Part shown: positions 48,716 through 53,894 of the stretch, piece by piece
How the letters are laid out: each line of letters begins with the position of its first letter
How positions within the stretch are numbered: position 1 is the stretch's first letter
IMG/VR virus record: IMGVR_UViG_3300020392_000021
Location: 1-53,894 of that record
Source of the DNA: a virus
Lineage: Duplodnaviria > Caudoviricetes
Reading direction: 5' to 3' (one strand)
Length of the DNA: 53,894 bases
Notes under the pieces: generated by a model
The model's database searches: none
The model's input: only the letters and a program-made list of their open reading frames with translations
What the model was told of the DNA's origin: nothing
Translations under genes and position numbers: made by a program

Positions 48716-51004
48716 TTATATTTTTTCAATATCTAAATATTTTGCCCCTCTACCTTTATTCTTTAAAGTTATTTCTTTTTCATGAGGATAAAGGATATTA
48801 TTATTTAATGTCTCCATTACATCTACTTCACTTTTAGGTACTTTAACAGTTATTAAATATGCATCTTCTCCTTGTCTGTGTCCGTATATACTACCTCTAT
48901 TATAATGGTTATTAATTAAGTCTGTTCTGTCTTGTGAATAATGACTACCTAATTCATCGTAATTTATTTGATTTCCATCATCTAAGTAAAGTACTCTATA
49001 TAGAAATAATTCTTCTGGTAAATCTTTTACCCACGTAATTAATTCTCCTAATTCTTCTGATGCAATTTCTGGTGGAGTACCCATATCCCCAAAAGATTGT
49101 AATAGTGATTTATGTTCATCACCAGTTAAATTTTGTTCCGTTATAATTGCATCATCAGGAATATCGGGCAAACCTGGATTCACAAGTTTTAATTTTTTTC
49201 TTCTTAATTTATCTTTATACATTTCCCATAAAAATGCACTTTCTCTGGCTTGTGCAATACTATTACCTGTAGGAAACATTATTTGGTTATCACCCACCCC
49301 ATATATATCATCTACGTATTTCTCAAAACTACTGTGCCTATAGTCATTTATAAATACATCGTATTCAAATTTTCCGAAAGGAGTAAATACAATAAAACCA
49401 CCATCCTGAAAAACTTCATCGGATTCTAGTTTAGTTTCTTTATCTAACCTATCTACTACATTTTTTAAATACCTAATTTCTTTACTATCAATTCTTCTAT
49501 AGAATGGTACGTTGATGTCCGTACTTAATATATCAATACCTTTAGCCTTTAATAAATTTATGTTTTGTTCTCTAGCCCTTTCATCCCAATCCTCATAATG
49601 TTGTTCTCTTAATGAACCATAATGTTTTTTATGTTTTTCATTATACACCAAAATATTTTTAGCATTTAAACTGTCCCATACAAGATCTGATACCATTTCT
49701 GTCTCTGCCTTTGTTAACCCATATGTATCTTTTGAGTGTTTTTCTAAACCAACCCAAAAACCTCTACCACCTGTAGACATATCACTCCACGAACCGAATC
49801 CCCTAACTTTAAAATTGTCGTTGGAAATTTCTATTTCTTTCATAATAGAGTCTGCAACTTTATATAGATATTTAAGATCCATTCCTTTAGGTTTTTCTGT
49901 AGATTCATTAAGTCCTTTTTGGTAATAGTAATTGGTTTTAATTTCATAGAAGTAATTATTCCATACATAATCAATTTCTTCATCGGTTAACCCATAAACA
50001 TCTCTACAATGCTTTATTGTGTGGGTTAAAAATCTATTGTACAAATAATCTAAATGATCAAACATTTTTATCGCATTCCATTTTTCATCTGGATTACCTG
50101 GTATACTTATCATATCTCCACTGTAAGAAGTATATATAATAGTCTCCTTAACAAGTTGTTCAATAACCCTATCTAAGAATCTTCCTTGTTTATCTATAGA
50201 TTCATTTAAACTACCACCAATTTCAAATACCTCATCACCTCTAAACCATTCTTCTGATTTACTGGTAGGTATTTTATCATCTTCATTCATTTCTAAATAA
50301 CTTTTATAAATATTATTATAAAGTGTAGTATAATAGTTAAAAATGACTTCTTGTATTTCTTCAGAATTTAGTCCATATATATTAGTTAGATGATCTTCTT
50401 CGTAGTCTTCTATGTATTCTTCTTTTCTTTTTTTTCTTTTAAGTGCACTGTTTTTTACCGAGTCCATAGAAAAAACTTCAATAGGTTCTCCTGTTCGTGT
50501 ATTAGTAAGTGCAAAAATTATTTCTACTCGTGTTACTTTTTTAATATCTGTAGCGAAATCTTTATTTTCCCATATTCTATACATTGATTCTTTAAGTAAT
50601 CTATCTACAACCTTGTCTAAAAAATCTTTTTGTGTGTCATTTGATTCGGTTAAGATATTTTCTTCTTCACCTTGTGTTTTAACAATTTGTTTAAGAATAA
50701 AATAATAAACATGATGTAATTCATTTAACTCATTTTCTGGTACTTCATACTTCTCTATATAGTTAACACTTTTACTTGGTGATTCTAACTCATAATCTCC
50801 ATCATAATTAAAATGAAGTACAGAACTCCTTGATGGATATTTGTGATTATGTACTAACTTAGATCGGTGCAATAAGTCTTTAAGGATTTCTCTATAATAT
50901 TTATAGTTAAGGTATTTACTCCAGTATTCTCCCAGCACATTATCCCTAACATCATCTAAGATGTCATCGAACCATGCATCATACATATGTTTACTATTAT
51001 CCAT
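48716..51004 (-). CDS. Six-segment polyprotein-like protein with C-terminal ADP-ribosyltransferase-like domain
   Basis: Segments split by LTE-S, LNE-S, LNE-S, LRE-Q, ITE-Q; repeated FLD(K/R)V..L.KE(T/S) and YGL(T/N)xEE; last segment LYRVL / GSHYS / HEKEITL. Confidence 0.75.
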   Translation of the reverse strand: MDNSKHMYDAWFDDILDDVRDNVLGEYWSKYLNYKYYREILKDLLHRSKLVHNHKYPSRSSVLHFNYDGDYELESPSKSVNYIEKYEVPENELNELHHVYYFILKQIVKTQGEEENILTESNDTQKDFLDKVVDRLLKESMYRIWENKDFATDIKKVTRVEIIFALTNTRTGEPIEVFSMDSVKNSALKRKKRKEEYIEDYEEDHLTNIYGLNSEEIQEVIFNYYTTLYNNIYKSYLEMNEDDKIPTSKSEEWFRGDEVFEIGGSLNESIDKQGRFLDRVIEQLVKETIIYTSYSGDMISIPGNPDEKWNAIKMFDHLDYLYNRFLTHTIKHCRDVYGLTDEEIDYVWNNYFYEIKTNYYYQKGLNESTEKPKGMDLKYLYKVADSIMKEIEISNDNFKVRGFGSWSDMSTGGRGFWVGLEKHSKDTYGLTKAETEMVSDLVWDSLNAKNILVYNEKHKKHYGSLREQHYEDWDERAREQNINLLKAKGIDILSTDINVPFYRRIDSKEIRYLKNVVDRLDKETKLESDEVFQDGGFIVFTPFGKFEYDVFINDYRHSSFEKYVDDIYGVGDNQIMFPTGNSIAQARESAFLWEMYKDKLRRKKLKLVNPGLPDIPDDAIITEQNLTGDEHKSLLQSFGDMGTPPEIASEELGELITWVKDLPEELFLYRVLYLDDGNQINYDELGSHYSQDRTDLINNHYNRGSIYGHRQGEDAYLITVKVPKSEVDVMETLNNNILYPHEKEITLKNKGRGAKYLDIEKI

Positions 51005-51045
51005 TATAATAATAAATATCCTATAAATGGATAATAAACTAAATA

Positions 51046-51450
51046 CTATTTTTTATCTTTTGATATTTGTTTTTCCCAGAAATGGGTGTCAGATTCAGAA
51101 CGAAAAAATATAGTACCTCTTTGTTCTAAATTATATACCATAATCTCTGTTTCTTCATCTATTGTGATACAAACGTGACTACCGTTAATTTTAAAGCTAG
51201 CCTCTTTTTTATCTTTCATTTTTTCTTTAACTTTTTCTAAATAGATTCTTTTAACTGGTTGTCCTTTTAGTTCTTTAGGCTCATCAATATACATTTCTTC
51301 TAAACTGATGTCTACAGTTAGATTTTCATTATTTAATAATATATCATCTACAAAACCTTTCTCAGGTTTCTTAAAAGATTTAACACCATAAAGTTCTTTT
51401 ACTTCTTCTACAGATAATTTTTTAAATACTATGTTTTTATTGATTCTCAT
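51046..51450 (-). CDS. Hypothetical protein
   Basis: 134-aa ORF; TATTTAT motif at 51467-51473. Confidence 0.65.
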   Translation of the reverse strand: MRINKNIVFKKLSVEEVKELYGVKSFKKPEKGFVDDILLNNENLTVDISLEEMYIDEPKELKGQPVKRIYLEKVKEKMKDKKEASFKINGSHVCITIDEETEIMVYNLEQRGTIFFRSESDTHFWEKQISKDKK

Positions 51451-51525
51451 ACACCGTTGTTTAAAAATAAATAGGTGTATAAGTCTTAGATTTAATTAAG
51501 AAATGTAAAAGTTATGTAATGTATA

Positions 51526-52113
51526 TTATGGGTTATTTACAGGAGGATCTATTGTACTATGATAAATAACTCCAGTATTTGGATTACCTCCACCAATCGG
51601 CACGACTCCTCCACCAGAATTAGGTGGTGTTGTCGAATTAGGTATTTTAAGACTACTAATCTTTCTAATTAACATTTTTAGAATTGGGTGATTTTTTATT
51701 ACTACTATTGATAAACTAGCAACTAATACACCTAATATCCCTTTAAGTATTTTTTTAGAAGCTGCATTTCTAGTTTCAGATGTGGTATTTTCTAATTTCT
51801 CAATCTGTCGTTCTAATTTCTTAATATTTTTATTTTCCCTTTTTAAAATTTTTCCACTGACTCTATTAGATTTCAATTGTTCTAAGTATGCTTCTAGTTT
51901 TATTTTACTTAAGTTCTTTTCAATCTTTAAACGTTCTGCTTCTTCTACTGCTGCTCTAAGTTCTTCTTCTAACTTTTTACCTTGTTCCTTAGATAATTTT
52001 AACTGATTATCTAAAGGAGAAGATTCAATATTATCCAAAGTTTCTTGTTCGGTTAATATAGATAACCCCATTAATCTCCTCATTTTATTTGTTTCGTCTA
52101 ATCTAGTCTTCAT
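51526..52113 (-). CDS. Leader-bearing coiled-coil protein with one hydrophobic helix
   Basis: MKTRLDETNKMRRLMGLSILTEQ; ILKGILGVLVASLSIVVI. Confidence 0.72.
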   Translation of the reverse strand: MKTRLDETNKMRRLMGLSILTEQETLDNIESSPLDNQLKLSKEQGKKLEEELRAAVEEAERLKIEKNLSKIKLEAYLEQLKSNRVSGKILKRENKNIKKLERQIEKLENTTSETRNAASKKILKGILGVLVASLSIVVIKNHPILKMLIRKISSLKIPNSTTPPNSGGGVVPIGGGNPNTGVIYHSTIDPPVNNP

Positions 52114-52121
52114 CTTAATAG

Positions 52122-52201
52122 TTTTTTATATAAATATAACAACTTATTAAAAAGAATGAAATAGAGGAGGGGGGCTGGGGGGAGAAGTCGACAGTTCCGC
52201 C
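52122..52201. repeat. Intergenic conserved element copy 1 (TATTTAT promoter plus G-rich box)
   Basis: ttttttatataaatataacaactt...aggggggctggggggagaagtcgacagttccgc. Confidence 0.8.
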
Positions 52202-52244
52202 GGTCAATTTTAAAAATGACATAAGTATTACAAAAATAATTGCA

Positions 52245-52275
52245 TAAAAAAAGGTATTAAATCAATAATACCTTT
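52245..52275 (-). terminator. Intrinsic terminator
   Basis: AAAGGTATTA-AATCAA-TAATACCTTT with A-run. Confidence 0.65.
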
Positions 52276-52308
52276 AATATCTCCTTTCTAGATAATTAGT
52301 TTGTGTTG

Positions 52309-52527
52309 TTATTTCAATGCATCTGGTAATGTACCCAATGCAGGAATTGCTCTTCTTCTTACACCACCATAACCACCTGCAGCACCACCTCTAACTACAA
52401 CATCATATATTCTACTTAACATTTCTCTATCCTCTTCAGTAAATGATACTGGACGACTCTCCCCTTCTGCCCAAGATTGTTCAGAAATAATTTCTTTATA
52501 TTGTTTTTCAGTTATTCTAATTTTCAT
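52309..52527 (-). CDS. Leader-bearing small protein
   Basis: MKIRITEKQYKEIISEQ. Confidence 0.72.
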   Translation of the reverse strand: MKIRITEKQYKEIISEQSWAEGESRPVSFTEEDREMLSRIYDVVVRGGAAGGYGGVRRRAIPALGTLPDALK

Positions 52528-52550
52528 AATATAATGTTTTTTTTAAATTA

Positions 52551-52874
52551 TTAATACTTTAAAACATGATCTACTAAATTTTGTAAATCATCGGATAAAT
52601 AATCAATCTGATAGTGAAAATCTTCAATTATAAATCTCGCTATCTTATCTATCACCATATCTACCTTATCTGAAGGTATCATCTCTAGAATCGCTTCTCT
52701 TTCCATTAAGCTATCCCTTACTTCTTTTTCAATCATTTCAATAGTAATGGGACGGTGAAAATGGTTAACCATTTCTTCATCACCCATACGTTGTTCAGAT
52801 AGTGTTCTCTTTACAATTCTTTTAAGGTCTGATTCTGTTAATCTAATTACCTTACCGTTTTTTTTAATTTTCAT
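52551..52874 (-). CDS. Leader-bearing small protein
   Basis: MKIKKNGKVIRLTESDLKRIVKRTLSEQ. Confidence 0.75.
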   Translation of the reverse strand: MKIKKNGKVIRLTESDLKRIVKRTLSEQRMGDEEMVNHFHRPITIEMIEKEVRDSLMEREAILEMIPSDKVDMVIDKIARFIIEDFHYQIDYLSDDLQNLVDHVLKY

Positions 52875-52895
52875 AATCTTTTTTTATTTTTATTT

Positions 52896-53411
52896 TTATT
52901 TACCAAATAAACTAACAAATTTAGGATCTAATTCATTTATATTTTTAGGTAAATCTAATGAACCCCTAAATATTGGTTCGATATGTTTATTACATTCCGC
53001 CACTTCCAATTTATCTGGTGCACATTTATAAGGACATCTCGCAGTGCTCATTCCATATGATTCTACTGAATCTAAAAATATATCTTTACGTTTTTTAGTA
53101 AAAGTTAAGATAACACCAGGTTCAAATGTTTCAGTTTCACCATCCTTATTTACCCATATACATTTTTTTAATGCATCTGAAAATAAAGATTCATAGTTTT
53201 TTATATTATCTGATATACCTACATATATTACTACAGTATCATTTTCGGATTTCACATAAGGCATATCATAAACCTCACCCTCATGTATTGTTATATCACC
53301 TATGGTTATACCATTCTGATCTATTGTGTTTTCATTTAACACTCTTTTTACAATTCTTTTAAGGTCTGATTCTGTTAACCTAATTACCTTACCATTTTTC
53401 TTAATTTTCAT
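52896..53411 (-). CDS. Leader-bearing hypothetical protein
   Basis: Start MKIKKNGKVIRLTESDLKRIVKRVLNE at 53411. Confidence 0.75.
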   Translation of the reverse strand: MKIKKNGKVIRLTESDLKRIVKRVLNENTIDQNGITIGDITIHEGEVYDMPYVKSENDTVVIYVGISDNIKNYESLFSDALKKCIWVNKDGETETFEPGVILTFTKKRKDIFLDSVESYGMSTARCPYKCAPDKLEVAECNKHIEPIFRGSLDLPKNINELDPKFVSLFGK

Positions 53412-53423
53412 AATATAATGTTT

Positions 53424-53501
53424 TTTTTTATATAAATATAACAACTTTATAAAAACGACAATCTAATAAGAGGGGGCTGGGGGAGATTTCGACAGTTCCG
53501 C
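53424..53501. repeat. Intergenic conserved element copy 2
   Basis: ttttttatataaatataacaactt...agggggctgggggagatttcgacagttccgc. Confidence 0.8.
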
Positions 53502-53587
53502 GAGTTAATAAATGTAACCATCATTTAATGATGAACTTTACAAAATTCTTTATAAGTTCGTATAATACGATGATTGTAACAATTTTT

Positions 53588-53893
53588 TCAATATCTTCCA
53601 TTTAACTTTAATAAAATTATATCAATATATTTTTTAAGAGTGTATGATACTTCTTCTTTAGATAAACCATATATGTTTTTAACATGTAATCGAAAATTAT
53701 GAGATAATTTACTTACAGGAAAAAATCTCCTAGTTTGTAATTCTATATTAATCTGATTAAATACATCCTCCGGAAATACCGAATCATAAAATGGTGTTCG
53801 TATGAATTTAAATCTTTTATGTTTAGATAACTCTGTTTCAGATGCTATCCGATCCGCCACCTTATCTAAATATTTTTTAACGTTATCTTCCAT
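53588..53893 (-). CDS. Stand-alone copy of the repeated polyprotein module
   Basis: KKYLDKVADRIASET..IRTPF..NIYGLSKEEVSY; start lies at window edge so it could extend upstream. Confidence 0.72.
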   Translation of the reverse strand: MEDNVKKYLDKVADRIASETELSKHKRFKFIRTPFYDSVFPEDVFNQINIELQTRRFFPVSKLSHNFRLHVKNIYGLSKEEVSYTLKKYIDIILLKLNGRY

Positions 53894-53894
53894 T

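Noticed and set aside
36828-51004. Diversity-generating retroelement behind the repeated modules
   Set aside because: No reverse transcriptase in the window and no near-identical template/variable repeat pair differing only at adenines was seen
52160-52205. tRNA or intrinsic terminator at the G-rich boxes
   Set aside because: No cloverleaf, no T-loop motif and no complementary C-run to form a stem
1-53894. Stop-codon reassignment as in some large Bacteroidota phages
   Set aside because: Core genes are uninterrupted in the standard code, coding density is high, and TAA, TAG and TGA all end genes

Overview
AT-rich window from a large (jumbo-type) T4-like tailed phage. The host is most likely Bacteroidota, judged from TTTG-N20-TAnnTTTG promoters, no obvious Shine-Dalgarno sites and a T9SS-tagged protease. 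Bases 1-7030 hold the head module on the minus strand: scaffold/core (partial), gp21-like prohead protease, portal and large terminase. The rest is a long accessory region containing a nucleotidyltransferase, KTSC protein, Hsp20, DNA methyltransferase, ClpC, LRR protein, SleB-type hydrolase, HNH, DUF192, SET domain, PG-binding protein and M43 protease. The main signal is that about 25 otherwise unrelated ORFs begin with short, conserved basic/amphipathic leaders ending in (L/I)-x-E, the T4 gp21 cleavage consensus. Several long ORFs are strings of a repeated domain separated by the same (L/I)-x-E-(S/Q) sites, and one ends in an ADP-ribosyltransferase-like domain. Most of these genes, or the first genes of their clusters, sit behind a strand-following TATTTAT motif, whereas host-type promoters drive genes without the leader. 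I infer a modular capsid-loading system (leader + swappable cargo + protease-processed polyproteins) that delivers a large protein payload at infection. All family assignments come from motif recognition by eye; no searches were run.
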